From an uncultured Christensenellaceae bacterium (GTDB lineage Bacteria > Bacillota > Clostridia > Christensenellales > CAG-314), in the NCBI GenBank assembly GCA_910585195.1, contig CAJUCX010000003.1:1828-65827 (forward strand): 64,000 nt of DNA, written 5' to 3'. Shown one piece after another: positions 28,259 through 37,985 of the stretch (within the stretch, counting starts at the first letter, position 1; every line of letters starts with the position of its first letter). The notes beneath the pieces are model-generated. The model had not been told where the DNA came from, did no database searches, and saw nothing but the letters and a program-made list of their open reading frames with translations. A program made the position numbers and the translations under genes.

Positions 28259-29179
28259 CTACTTTTTGTTTGCTTTGATAGTCGAAGGAAATCTGCCTAT
28301 AATAAACGAATTGTCGTCCGCGTCGTCCGTTACCGTCGTACCTGCCGCGACAAACACATTGTCGCCCAGTTTAAGCGGAGCAACTAAATTTGTATTGCAG
28401 CCTAAAAAACAGTTGTCGCCTACCGTCGTTTTGTGCTTTTGTTTGCCGTCAAAGTTTGCAAACACAACACCGCAGCCGATGTTTGTATTTGCGCCGACGT
28501 CTGCGTCGCCGATATACGCCAAATGCGCGGACTTTACCCCGTCGCCCAAAAAAGCGTTTTTAACTTCCACAAAATTGCCTATTCGGCAACCGTCGCCGAT
28601 ACTTGTATTTGGTCTTACGGAAGCAAACGGACCAACCGTACAGTCGCAGCCTATTTGACAGTCTTGCGCAAAAGTACTTTTAACAACCGTTCCTTCGCCG
28701 ACACTGCAATTTTCCAAACAGCAATAAGGATACACAACAGCGTTGCCGCCTATGACGCTATTGCCTTTAATTACGTTTGGCGCGTATATTTCCGTCCCCG
28801 CGCTTATCTTTACGGTGCCGTCTATAACAAGATTTTGCCTGTCGTGCAAAATGACCCCGCTGTTTGTAATATCGTCTAAAATAGCGCTTTGCAAAGTTTT
28901 TTCTATGTAGGAAAAATTTTTTTCGTTGAGTCTTAAAGACAGGTTGCCGTATTTCAAATTGTCAATCGTTATTAAAGTGCAGTCCCAGTCTATGCAGATG
29001 ACGTCGTCGCCGTAAGCGTCGTTTTTGTCCCATATAATAACCTTTTTGAAGTAGGGCGAAAGACGAAGTTTAATCCACTCCGCACTTGTATAGCCCAAAA
29101 TTTTTTTGTCGAATAACCATTGATTTTTGGAATTTGTCTGCACAATGATTGCAAGCGTCATGCGTGAAAAGTCTTTCAT
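28259..29179 (-). CDS. GlmU-like left-handed beta-helix acetyltransferase with a short, degenerate N-terminal domain
   Basis: 306 aa. The C-terminal ~170 aa are collinear with the GlmU acetyltransferase domain (GNFVEVKNA.LG.G.K..HL.YIGDA..G...NIG.G....N.DG..K..T..GD). The N-terminal ~130 aa lack the LAAGxGTR nucleotide-binding loop. Confidence 0.75.
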   Translation of the reverse strand: MKDFSRMTLAIIVQTNSKNQWLFDKKILGYTSAEWIKLRLSPYFKKVIIWDKNDAYGDDVICIDWDCTLITIDNLKYGNLSLRLNEKNFSYIEKTLQSAILDDITNSGVILHDRQNLVIDGTVKISAGTEIYAPNVIKGNSVIGGNAVVYPYCCLENCSVGEGTVVKSTFAQDCQIGCDCTVGPFASVRPNTSIGDGCRIGNFVEVKNAFLGDGVKSAHLAYIGDADVGANTNIGCGVVFANFDGKQKHKTTVGDNCFLGCNTNLVAPLKLGDNVFVAAGTTVTDDADDNSFIIGRFPSTIKANKK

Positions 29180-29200
29180 ACACGCTCCTTTTGCCGCCGT

Positions 29201-29947
29201 TTACATAATAATGAAAGATACGACAGCCACTACAATCAAATATATGCAGAAAGGTAAAAAATTGTTTGCGCCTATTAGTTTTAGTACAAGTTTAATTGCC
29301 AAAATGCCGGAAATTGCAGAACTAGCAAATCCGACGGCAAGCAAAAGAAAATCCGCCTGCAACAACGCACCGCTGCCGAATTTTAATATGCAGCCGCCCA
29401 AAATAACGGGTATGCTCATAAGGAAAGCAAAGGAAGTAACCTGTTTTTTATCGCCTTTTGCAACAAGACCGCCGAATATCGTACTGCCGCTGCGCGACAC
29501 CCCCGGTACAAGCGCCGCCGCCTGCATAAACCCCATTGCGACGGCGTGTTTTGCCGTTACGTCGCCGTCAAACTTTTTTTTCATAAGTCGGTCGCTAACA
29601 AACAAAATAACTGCGGTAAACAAAAATGCAAAACCTAAAAATTTGCCGGTAAACAGCGTTTCTATTTCGTCGCCGAGCAACAGCCCCGCAACCCCCGCGG
29701 GAATCGTTGCAAGAATAAGCAAAAACAGTTTGGTAAAAGGCGGACGAAACAAACGCAAAAAATCTTTGAAAAACACCGCTATAACCGCAACGAGAGTACC
29801 CAAATGCAACACAAGCGTTACGGTGAGGGTATCAACAGACAAATTAAGCAATTTTTGCGCCAATAAAATATGTCCGCTGCTTGATACAGGCAAAAACTCC
29901 GTCAACCCCTGTATAATGCCCAATAAAGCAATCTTAAAAACTTCCAT
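29201..29947 (-). CDS. uppP: Undecaprenyl-diphosphate phosphatase
   Basis: 248 aa. GLTEFLPVSSSGH and PGVSRSG motifs. Confidence 0.9.
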   Translation of the reverse strand: MEVFKIALLGIIQGLTEFLPVSSSGHILLAQKLLNLSVDTLTVTLVLHLGTLVAVIAVFFKDFLRLFRPPFTKLFLLILATIPAGVAGLLLGDEIETLFTGKFLGFAFLFTAVILFVSDRLMKKKFDGDVTAKHAVAMGFMQAAALVPGVSRSGSTIFGGLVAKGDKKQVTSFAFLMSIPVILGGCILKFGSGALLQADFLLLAVGFASSAISGILAIKLVLKLIGANNFLPFCIYLIVVAVVSFIIM

Positions 29948-30139
29948 AATTACATTGTACCCAACCGCGCCGAAAACAAAACCGCAAGCATTTTGCCTGC
30001 GGTGTAATAATGTTTCTATTTGGTTTTTATGTTTTAATTAGTGAATTATAATATCTGGTTTTGATAAAGTTCGGTTGTAAAAATAAATTATTTACAATAC
30101 GGCAAATTATCGGTTGCATTATGAAAAACACATTTTAAC

Positions 30140-30868
30140 TCAGCCAATGGCTTTATGGTTGAAATTTATGTTTGCTTTTTTTGCCTGTGAGTGTTGATGT
30201 TTACGCGGTATGCGATATATCTTACCATCTTTTTTCAACCGTGCGCCGGTTTGATGAAAATAAAACGCGACGCCGCGCTCTACCGCCTGAGCGCGCAAAC
30301 TTAAAACCCAATCGAAATCGCAAACTCTTGCGTTAATGCCGGACTCTCCGCCGACGGACAGTTCTTCAATGCCGTCCAGATAATTCGACAAGTCCATATC
30401 TTCCAACAGCGGCGCGCAAACTATCATTTTGTGTTTTATCGGTACAAGCTGAAAAACAGGCAAGCGTATGTCTGCTTGTTTTTGATTTTCCACCGTGCAG
30501 CCTACCGCAACGTTGTCGTAGCCCTCGCCCCAGTCCGACGGAATGCACTCTGTAAACCTGTCAATCCTTTTGGTGATGAAAAAGAAATTGCAGTCGCAAC
30601 GCTCTTTGATTATGCGCCAACACTCGTCGCGCCATTCGTCGGCTTCTTGCAATAAAAAGTCAGAAGTAAAACACAGTCCGAACATAGTGCCCGACGGATA
30701 TTTATAGTTGCCCTTCCTGTCTTTTTTTATAGGCAGATTGAAAGCCAGATTTTTGGTTACGACAGAACTGTCCTTGTCATATTTGCAATCGCTACTGTAA
30801 ACGTAACAGTTTTTGCAGCCGTCGCTTATTTTATGACAGCCGTGCCAAGGATTCCAATATTCCTGCAT
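30140..30868 (-). CDS. DUF5131 (phage Gp37/Gp68 family) protein
   Basis: WNPWHGCHKISDGCKNCY N-terminal motif. Start set at MQEYWNPW (ATG 30868). Confidence 0.8.
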   Translation of the reverse strand: MQEYWNPWHGCHKISDGCKNCYVYSSDCKYDKDSSVVTKNLAFNLPIKKDRKGNYKYPSGTMFGLCFTSDFLLQEADEWRDECWRIIKERCDCNFFFITKRIDRFTECIPSDWGEGYDNVAVGCTVENQKQADIRLPVFQLVPIKHKMIVCAPLLEDMDLSNYLDGIEELSVGGESGINARVCDFDWVLSLRAQAVERGVAFYFHQTGARLKKDGKIYRIPRKHQHSQAKKANINFNHKAIG

Positions 30869-30983
30869 AAATATAAGATAATATACCGCACGCCTACTGT
30901 CAACAACCTTAAAAAAAAGACCCGCCTGCAACTTTTTAATTTTGCAGACGGGCTCTTGCATAGGAGAACACTTATAAACAATA

Positions 30984-31760
30984 TCAAACCCCTTCGATAA
31001 GCATTTTGTCGGCCACCAATGCTATAAACTCGCCGTTGGTTGGTTTTTCTCTTGAAGCATAAATTTTTAAGCCGAACAAAGAATTTATATTTTCTATCTT
31101 GCCTCTGTTCCACGACACTTCAATCGCGTGTCGTATCGCTCTCTCGACCTTGCTAGGCGTGGTGTCGTATTTTTCCGCAATGGATGGATAAAGCTGCTTA
31201 GTAATGCTGTTTATTATACTCGGATTTTCTATCGCCATTTTTATACCTTCGCGCAAAAACTGATAGCCCTTTATATGTGCAGGAATGCCGACAATATGAA
31301 ACACGCTTGTAATACGCTCGTCCAATGTTTTTACGCGGTAATTATTTCTCGCATCGGCTTTTTCCAGCATAGCGAATTTGTCCGTCAGCTTGCTTGCAAC
31401 AAGATTGAAAATATGCTTTTTTAACATCTCTTTCTGACAAGGCTTTGCCACGAAATCGTCGGCGCCTTGCGCAAACGCCCGAGAAACCCCGTCGTCCGTG
31501 CTTAATGCGGAGTATATCAAAAATTTAGGTTTATTACGGTCATTCTTAAAAAACTCCAAAACACCGTACCCGTCCAAAACAGGCATAATCAAATCGAGTA
31601 TAACAACGTCTGGCTGTGCCGATGGTATCTTTGTAATGGCCTCCACCCCGTCTTTCGCTTCCCCAACCAATTCCGTGTCATCGCATTTTTCCAACAAATC
31701 CTTGATTTCTTCTCTTACGTCTTGATTGTCATCTACGACAAAACATCTGATTCTCGACAT
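30984..31760 (-). CDS. spo0A: Sporulation master regulator Spo0A
   Basis: 258 aa. Receiver domain (VVDDN...[10 protein letters not shown]) plus a Spo0A C-terminal DNA-binding domain ([37 protein letters not shown]). Confidence 0.92.
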   Translation of the reverse strand: MSRIRCFVVDDNQDVREEIKDLLEKCDDTELVGEAKDGVEAITKIPSAQPDVVILDLIMPVLDGYGVLEFFKNDRNKPKFLIYSALSTDDGVSRAFAQGADDFVAKPCQKEMLKKHIFNLVASKLTDKFAMLEKADARNNYRVKTLDERITSVFHIVGIPAHIKGYQFLREGIKMAIENPSIINSITKQLYPSIAEKYDTTPSKVERAIRHAIEVSWNRGKIENINSLFGLKIYASREKPTNGEFIALVADKMLIEGV

Positions 31761-32308
31761 AAAACTTCTCCTTATAAAGTTGATATTAAATTAAACCTTT
31801 GCGGTTATATTTCGATTAGGTTTTACAAAAAATTTGTACAAAATGCCATATTGCACCGCCTGCGGTTATGCAAATTTTTGCAATTATTTGTAAAAATAAT
31901 TCTGCAAAATTTGAATTTATCCCATAAAAACTAAAAAATAGTATGCAAAAACAACAAATTTAGAATATAATTTTCTTTTTACCTGTTTTTGTGGGGAAAT
32001 TTGTTCAAATTTATATTCACACTTTAGCACTCATTTACACGGTTGTCAATAGTTTTTTAGAAAATTTTGGAAATTTGTTTATATTTTTATAGAATTTCCG
32101 TTTATATCGTTGCAAAGTGCAAAAATAATGTCGCCAAACATAATTTGCCGTCATTAAATAAAACAATCGCGTTTAATTTGACCGTCAAAAAACTTATTAT
32201 GGCGTATTGCGGTTGATTTTAACGCAAACTTACAGCCGACAAAAATGTTTGTCGGTAAATATAATTTCATTTTAGACAGACGTATGACAACAAAATTTCT
32301 TGTAACCG

Positions 32309-32338
32309 TTGACATTACAACAAATGCGGTTTTATAAT
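32309..32338 (+). promoter_or_regulatory. Sigma-A-type promoter of the Rrf2 regulator gene
   Basis: TTGACA-18 nt-TATAAT, 18 bp upstream of the ATG at 32356. Confidence 0.5.
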
Positions 32339-32355
32339 ATCCAAAAGGAGATTTT

Positions 32356-32781
32356 ATGCAGATAACTTCGCGTTTTACGGTTGCAGTGCATACCATGCTT
32401 GCAATTTGCACCTTTCAAGATACCTATAAAACCACGTCGGATTTTATAGCGTCCAGCGTAAACGTAAATCCGGTCATCATAAGAAGAACTTTGCAAAGCC
32501 TTAAAAAAGCCGGCTTGGTTGACGTAAAAGCAGGAACGGGCGGAGCAACCGTCGCAAAAGATTTGAAAGACGTTTCGCTATACGACGTATATACCGCCGT
32601 GGATTGCGTAACGGAAAACTTGTTTAACTTTCACAACAACCCAAATCCCGCTTGCCCTGTCGGGAAAAACATACACAACGCACTTGACTCACATCTTGCA
32701 GCCGCGCAAAATGCTCTGGAAACGCAACTAAAAAGCGTAACTTTGGCAGACGTCGCAAAAGACTTAAACAAATTTATTTGA
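32356..32781 (+). CDS. Rrf2 family transcriptional regulator
   Basis: 141 aa. MQITSRFTVAVHTMLAI N-terminus and a winged-helix region typical of Rrf2/BadM. Confidence 0.85.
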   Translation: MQITSRFTVAVHTMLAICTFQDTYKTTSDFIASSVNVNPVIIRRTLQSLKKAGLVDVKAGTGGATVAKDLKDVSLYDVYTAVDCVTENLFNFHNNPNPACPVGKNIHNALDSHLAAAQNALETQLKSVTLADVAKDLNKFI

Positions 32782-32995
32782 TTCTTCCGGTGAAATTATG
32801 AAAATAAAAAAAATTGAATTTAGACTGCGCGGCATAAACCGCCGTTTGTGCGTAATTGATAGATTTGCTGCCCAATATACCGTAAAAACGTTACAGCAGC
32901 AATATAGTCTAGTTACACGGCACTATAATAATTTATAAATAGCAAAAAAATAACCTAACTCGATACTCTTTTAAGTATTCGAATTAGGTTATGAG

Positions 32996-33072
32996 TGGCG
33001 CACCCTAAGAGGCTCGAACTCCTAACCTTTGGTTCCGTAGACCAACGCTCTATCCAATTGAGCTAAGGGTGC
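32996..33072 (-). tRNA. tRNA-Arg (anticodon ACG), CCA encoded
   Basis: Hand fold: acceptor GCACCCT/AGGGTGC, D-arm GCTC..GAGC, anticodon arm TTGGT-CTACGGA-ACCAA, T-arm AGGAG-TTCGAGC-CTCTT, then G-CCA. A terminator hairpin lies at 32951-32992. Confidence 0.9.
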
Positions 33073-33463
33073 AAATTTACGAATATTAAGTTTTAATGCG
33101 GTTTCGTACCGTACTGCCGACAAACCCGATGCGCGAAAATAAAAATTAAATTTTGTTTTATATCGCAAACCGACATTCTTATCAACTTTGACCGCCGTCA
33201 AAACTTTATCTTGTCAGCCTAAACAGTATATAACCGCATTTGATTTTTGTCAAATAAAAAGCAGCCGCATTGCAATAAGTGTTTTTTGCCGTTTATTAAA
33301 GTTTGTTTCAAAATTTAATTGCTGTTTTGAAAAAATTTATTGAAAAATATTTTCCGTTTACGGCAAAATATGGTATAAATATATCGTTATTACTTTGACT
33401 TGCGGAAACAAAAGACGCAACACCAAATTAAAAGCAATTTTACTGTTAAAGGAGTAGGTTAAA

Positions 33464-34147
33464 ATGAAAAAAATTTATACCGGAAAAACCAAAGACGTAT
33501 TTTCACTTGAAAACGGCAACGTATTGCTGAAATTCAAAGACGACTGCACCGGCAAAGACGGCAAGTTTGACCCGGGCGAAAATTCGGTCGGTCTCACCAT
33601 CGAAGGAATAGGCAAAGCAAACCTTAAAACTTCGGTTTATTATTTCGAGTTGCTCAAAAAAGCAGGCGTAAAAACACACTACGTCAGCGCCGACGTAGAC
33701 AACGCCACAATGGAAGTTCTTTCCGCAAAAGTGTTTGGACACGGTTTGGAAGTAATTTGCCGCTTGGTTGCAACAGGCAGTTTTGTACGCCGCTATGGAG
33801 AATATATCGCTGACGGCACCCCTATCAAAGGCGGTTACGTAGAAACCACTTTTAAGGACGATGCAAAAGGCGACCCACTCGTTACCAAAGACGCTCTTGT
33901 TGTTTTGGGCGTAATGAGCGAAAAAATGTATGACAGCATGAAGGAGCAAACACTTGCAATAACCAAAGTTGTTGCAGACGACCTTGCAAAAAAAGGAATG
34001 CAACTTTATGACATCAAGTTTGAATTCGGCTACGACGGCAACGGCAACGTAATTTTGATTGACGAAATTGCCAGCGGAAATATGCGCGTATATAAAGACG
34101 GCAAAATCGTAGACCCGATGGATTTGACTTCTTTGATTTTGGCATAA
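33464..34147 (+). CDS. purC: Phosphoribosylaminoimidazole-succinocarboxamide synthase
   Basis: 227 aa. [13 protein letters not shown]...LKFKDD and ILIDEI motifs of SAICAR synthetase. AAGGAG ribosome-binding site. Confidence 0.92.
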   Translation: MKKIYTGKTKDVFSLENGNVLLKFKDDCTGKDGKFDPGENSVGLTIEGIGKANLKTSVYYFELLKKAGVKTHYVSADVDNATMEVLSAKVFGHGLEVICRLVATGSFVRRYGEYIADGTPIKGGYVETTFKDDAKGDPLVTKDALVVLGVMSEKMYDSMKEQTLAITKVVADDLAKKGMQLYDIKFEFGYDGNGNVILIDEIASGNMRVYKDGKIVDPMDLTSLILA

Positions 34148-34149
34148 CA

Positions 34150-34186
34150 AAAAAAAGCCCTGCGATAAGCAGGGTTTATTTTTTAC
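34150..34186. terminator. Bidirectional terminator after purC
   Basis: A-run, GCCCTGC-5 nt-GCAGGGT, then T-run. Confidence 0.75.
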
Positions 34187-34355
34187 ACTTGTTTTCAAAT
34201 AGCTCTGATAAGCTTTTTGCACGCAACAGCATTTTATTCAGATTTATACAAAAATAACTGCTTAGTAATTACTTTATAACTATGAGAGTATGTATATCTG
34301 CAGCAAGTGCCAAACAAATAAAAAAACCGCCGCTTGTATTAAGCGGCGGTTAATT

Positions 34356-36470
34356 TTACTTATCTTGTTTGTCATCTTTGCTTTCAAAAACGTCTTCTTC
34401 TTTCGGAGCGATAATTTGTTTAGGCTTTTCAACAACTTCTTCTACGGTTTTTTCCGACTTCTCTTCTGCCTGCGGTTTTTGGGAAGGTTTATCCGGATTG
34501 TACTTCTTGTCAATAAAGTTTATTACCGTTTCCGCGCTTTCTCCGTTGATAAGCATATCTACTTCGTCCGTGTGTATCGTTTCCTTTTCCAACAAGACGC
34601 GCGCCATATTGTGCAAGACTTCTATATTTTCTTTCAAAATTTCCGTTGCGCGTTTATGACACTCGGATACTATCCTGTTAGATTCTTCGTCTATCTTGCT
34701 CGCTATCGACTCGCTGTAATTATTTTGCGCCTGATAGTTTTTGCCGACAAACACTTCGTGGTCGGAACCGTAATAAATAGGTCCGATAACGTCAGACATA
34801 CCCCACTCTGCAACCATACTGTGTACGGTACCGGTAAGCGACTTTATGTCGCCGCTTGCACCAGAGGTAATGTTTTGAATGACCAGTTCTTCCGCCACCC
34901 TGCCGCCAAGCGTCATAGTTATTTGGTCAATCAACTGCGCTTTGGTTTGGTGGTTGTCGTCGTTTTCAGGTCTGGTCATAGTGTAACCTGCCGCCATACC
35001 GCGCGGAATTATCGTTACTTCCTGCACAGGGTCGCAATATTTAAGCTTGCAAGCCAAAATCGCATGACCTGCCTCGTGATAAGCAGTTATACGCTTGTCG
35101 CTTTCCGTAACAAGCCTGCTCTTCTTTTGCGGTCCCATAAGAACTTTGTTTATACCTTCCGCAACGTCTTTCATTGCAACGCTCTTTCTTCCGTCGCGCA
35201 CCGCGAGAATAGCCGCTTCGTTAAGCAAATTTTCCAAATCCGCGCCGGAAAAACCGCTGGTTATGCGCGCAATAGTCTTAAAGTCAACGTCGCTTGCCAT
35301 TGGCTTGTTTCTTGCGTGCACTTTAAGGATTGCCTCTCTGCCTCTTACGTCAGGTCTGTTGACGTATATTTGCCTGTCGAAACGCCCAGGTCTCAACAAC
35401 GCAGGGTCGAGAATGTCCGCCCTGTTGGTCGCCGCCATAATGATTATGCCGTTGTTTGTTTCAAAACCGTCCATCTCTACCAACAACTGGTTGAGTGTTT
35501 GTTCTCTTTCGTCGTGTCCGCCGCCGAGACCTGCGCCCCTTTGACGACCGACCGCATCGATTTCATCGATAAATACGATACACGGCATATTGCGTTTTGC
35601 TTGGTCAAACAAATCTCTTACACGGCTTGCGCCTACGCCGACAAACATTTCTACAAAATCACTGCCGCTTATCGAGAAGAACGGAACACCCGCCTCTCCG
35701 GCAACTGCTTTGGCAAACAAAGTTTTACCCGTCCCCGGAGGCCCCACAAGCAACACGCCGCGCGGAATTCTTGCGCCAAGTTCGTTAAACTTTGCAGGCG
35801 CTTTCAAAAAGTCGATAATTTCCGCAAGTTCTTCCTTTTCTTCTTCGGCTCCGGCAACGTCGGTAAAGCGCACTTTTACATTTTCGTTTACTCGCGCTTT
35901 GCTCCTGCCGAAATTTATATTTTGGTTGTTCTGCTGCGAAATCTTCTTCAACAAAACAATGACGATAACTATAGACGTACCCAAAATAAGCAACGGGAAG
36001 AGATAGTCCCAAATGCTGACCTGGTCAGGCTTATTGAAATCCATCATTATTGTATAAGACGAAATTAACGGTTTTTTCTCGCTTTCGGGTTTGCCTTCGT
36101 TGTCTGCGTTTATTTTTTTGTTTTCTTCTTCTATAACAGCATTACGCTTTTCTATTGCGGCAAAAATATCGTTCTTTGCTTCAACTCTGCTAGGAATGTT
36201 CAATGCATAGTCGTAGCTTGCAGGAAATTTTGCAAGGGTGTTGTTTACGCCGTGCTCCTTCTCGCCCTCGTTGACCAATACGCGCATAGTGTAGTTTCCG
36301 TCAAAATAAACTGCCTGCACTTTTCCTTCTTCGACTTGCTCTAAAAATTCGAGATAGGTCGGCTGCTCCGCCTTTTGGTTAAACAACAGACTTACCAGCC
36401 AAATTCCCAAAAACACCATAGCAAGCGCACACAAAACTGTAATAATTTTTCTGGTAGTAGTGCTCTTCAC
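34356..36470 (-). CDS. ftsH: ATP-dependent zinc metalloprotease FtsH
   Basis: 704 aa. GPPGTGKT Walker A, DEIDAVGR, and HEAGHA zinc site. GTG start preceded by AAGGAG. Confidence 0.95.
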   Translation of the reverse strand: MKSTTTRKIITVLCALAMVFLGIWLVSLLFNQKAEQPTYLEFLEQVEEGKVQAVYFDGNYTMRVLVNEGEKEHGVNNTLAKFPASYDYALNIPSRVEAKNDIFAAIEKRNAVIEEENKKINADNEGKPESEKKPLISSYTIMMDFNKPDQVSIWDYLFPLLILGTSIVIVIVLLKKISQQNNQNINFGRSKARVNENVKVRFTDVAGAEEEKEELAEIIDFLKAPAKFNELGARIPRGVLLVGPPGTGKTLFAKAVAGEAGVPFFSISGSDFVEMFVGVGASRVRDLFDQAKRNMPCIVFIDEIDAVGRQRGAGLGGGHDEREQTLNQLLVEMDGFETNNGIIIMAATNRADILDPALLRPGRFDRQIYVNRPDVRGREAILKVHARNKPMASDVDFKTIARITSGFSGADLENLLNEAAILAVRDGRKSVAMKDVAEGINKVLMGPQKKSRLVTESDKRITAYHEAGHAILACKLKYCDPVQEVTIIPRGMAAGYTMTRPENDDNHQTKAQLIDQITMTLGGRVAEELVIQNITSGASGDIKSLTGTVHSMVAEWGMSDVIGPIYYGSDHEVFVGKNYQAQNNYSESIASKIDEESNRIVSECHKRATEILKENIEVLHNMARVLLEKETIHTDEVDMLINGESAETVINFIDKKYNPDKPSQKPQAEEKSEKTVEEVVEKPKQIIAPKEEDVFESKDDKQDK

Positions 36471-36669
36471 TTATTTTCTCCTTAAAATATAATTATGTTA
36501 AAATCTCACTTTATTATTATAATCAATAAGATTAGAGTTTATTTTATCATAAAGCACATTTAATGTCAACAAGTTGAATATTTTGACAAGTCAAACTAAC
36601 TTTTTGCATAAAAATAAAGTCGGACAAGCTAGTCCGACCGTTTATAAATGAACATATGTTTATTTATGC

Positions 36670-37185
36670 TTATGCAATGGAGCCTGCTATACTCTCGCTG
36701 ATAACTTTTGCCATAGAATTTACCGTTTGCTGCCTTGCCGTGTATAGCATTGAGAGCCCAAAGGCAGTTATTTTTTCATTTACAACACCCACGATAGATA
36801 TATCCCCCACGCATGGCAAATTTTTATTTGTGGCAGAACCAGGGTATAAGCCGTGAGAATAAATTTGTATCGTGCCAACTTCCGCCGTATGCCCCAATGC
36901 AGCATCGACAACCAATAGCATTCTGTCATAGTGTAATTCTCTTATCATATCCTTGACCAATAAAAGATTTTTTGCATTTATATTGTTGTCTACCATTCCG
37001 TACACTATTACGTCTTTATCTAATTGCTCTATAAGTTTTGTCCCAATCATCGGCCCGAGGCTGTCCCCTGCCACTCTATCGCAGCCGATACATAATACAA
37101 CAAGTTTTTGTTTACCAATCAACAAAGAGAGTTTGTCTTTAAGTTTTTGCACACAGTTGCTATCATAAACGTCAACGGAAAACAT
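36670..37185 (-). CDS. yyaC: Spore protease YyaC (GPR-like)
   Basis: 171 aa. VVLCIGCDRVAGDSLGPMIG motif. GGAGG ribosome-binding site. Confidence 0.85.
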   Translation of the reverse strand: MFSVDVYDSNCVQKLKDKLSLLIGKQKLVVLCIGCDRVAGDSLGPMIGTKLIEQLDKDVIVYGMVDNNINAKNLLLVKDMIRELHYDRMLLVVDAALGHTAEVGTIQIYSHGLYPGSATNKNLPCVGDISIVGVVNEKITAFGLSMLYTARQQTVNSMAKVISESIAGSIA

Positions 37186-37349
37186 ATCATTTACCTCCGC
37201 ATAGATTATTTCCCACTATTTGACTTTTATACCAAACCTTTCCCGTCAGATAAAAATATAATAATTTTAATTATGATTGTCCCATCATAACTATGAAATG
37301 TAGTTAGATATATGAGATATTGAAATATTACGTCATCAAAAAATCTCGG

Positions 37350-37403
37350 CGGTATGGCGGTAGGTTATACAATGACCAGACCTGAAAACGACGACAACCA
37401 CCA
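37350..37403 (+). repeat. 54-bp near-copy of an internal ftsH segment, in inverted orientation relative to ftsH
   Basis: 51/54 identical to the reverse complement of 34948-35001 (FtsH residues [18 protein letters not shown]). Mismatches are at 37361, 37368 and 37371. Confidence 0.85.
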
Positions 37404-37467
37404 GCGATTTCTTTTTACTTAAACTAAATTGCGTTAAAATTTGCTTAAAATTGCAGATTTGAAAAAT

Positions 37468-37539
37468 GCCCGTAGAATGCGACGAGACAGAATGACACTT
37501 TTTTTGGTCGAACCAAAAATACCCCCATTCTGTCTCGTC
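37468..37539. repeat. Left 72-bp inverted-repeat unit (13-nt arm plus imperfect long palindrome)
   Basis: GCCCGTAGAATGC plus GACGAGACAGAATG..TTTTTGG-TCGAA-CCAAAAATACCCCCATTCTGTCTCGTC. It is 66/72 identical to the reverse complement of 37853-37924. Confidence 0.85.
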
Positions 37540-37621
37540 AAAGCCTATTTTTGGGGAAAATTTTCCGTTTCTTGCAAAGTCAATCATTTAGGGTTATATA
37601 ATATTTAACACAACAAATAAT

Positions 37622-37637
37622 TGTTTCACGTGAAACA
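37622..37637. promoter_or_regulatory. parS site 1 (ParB/Spo0J binding site)
   Basis: TGTTTCACGTGAAACA, a perfect 16-bp palindrome matching the Firmicute parS consensus TGTTNCACGTGAAACA. Confidence 0.85.
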
Positions 37638-37659
37638 ATTAAAGAAAACGATATATTTG

Positions 37660-37675
37660 TGTTTCACGTGAAACA
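37660..37675. promoter_or_regulatory. parS site 2
   Basis: A second TGTTTCACGTGAAACA, 38 bp from site 1 measured start to start. Confidence 0.85.
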
Positions 37676-37852
37676 TTGTGTATATATACTTTTTGACAAT
37701 AAAATAATAGCGAGTAAGCATGGAAAATAATATCAACCTGTCATTATCCTTAAATTTATCTTTAATATACTGGGGATAGCATTAAGCACTTAATTTGATT
37801 GCGTGGCAGTTTTGACTGTTGTAATAGGGAAATATAGGAATTATTTCGATAA

Positions 37853-37924
37853 GACGAGACAGAATGGGGGTATTTTTGGCTCGACCAAAAATACCCCCAT
37901 TCTGTCTCGTCGCATTCTACGGGC
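37853..37924. repeat. Right 72-bp inverted-repeat unit (perfect 27-bp-arm palindrome plus 13-nt arm)
   Basis: GACGAGACAGAATGGGGGTATTTTTGG-CTCGA-CCAAAAATACCCCCATTCTGTCTCGTC followed by GCATTCTACGGGC. Confidence 0.9.
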
Positions 37925-37985
37925 ATATTAAATTTGGGCAAAATAAAGGGGCTTTTATTGAAAGCCCCGTGTGAAATTACTTTAA

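Noticed and set aside
31761-32355. Spo0A boxes (TGNCGAA) in the long spo0A upstream region
   Set aside because: I found only weak partial matches, for example TGTCGCC and TGTCGGT, which are not enough to call by eye.
33073-33463. Purine or ZTP riboswitch upstream of purC
   Set aside because: I found no purine-riboswitch loop-loop core and no ZTP GGGTCGTGAC / CCGCCTGGGCA-like segments. The region reads as plain AT-rich promoter DNA. An Rfam scan would settle it.
34290-36068. 592-aa plus-strand ORF, the longest of many antisense ORFs in the track (others include 3444-4325, 7393-8079, 19027-19758, 21319-22014, 24513-25142, 55673-56470 and 60874-61551)
   Set aside because: Each lies fully antisense to a gene with unmistakable conserved motifs (FtsH, HppA, SelA, MATE and so on). 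Their translations are low-complexity and rich in R, F, Y and C, with no recognisable domains. They are shadow ORFs.
37336-37587. 83-aa minus-strand ORF in the yyaC-cvpA spacer
   Set aside because: Its C-terminal part is simply the antisense reading of the ftsH-derived 54-bp patch, and its middle runs through the left palindromic repeat. It has no ribosome-binding site and no coding-like composition.
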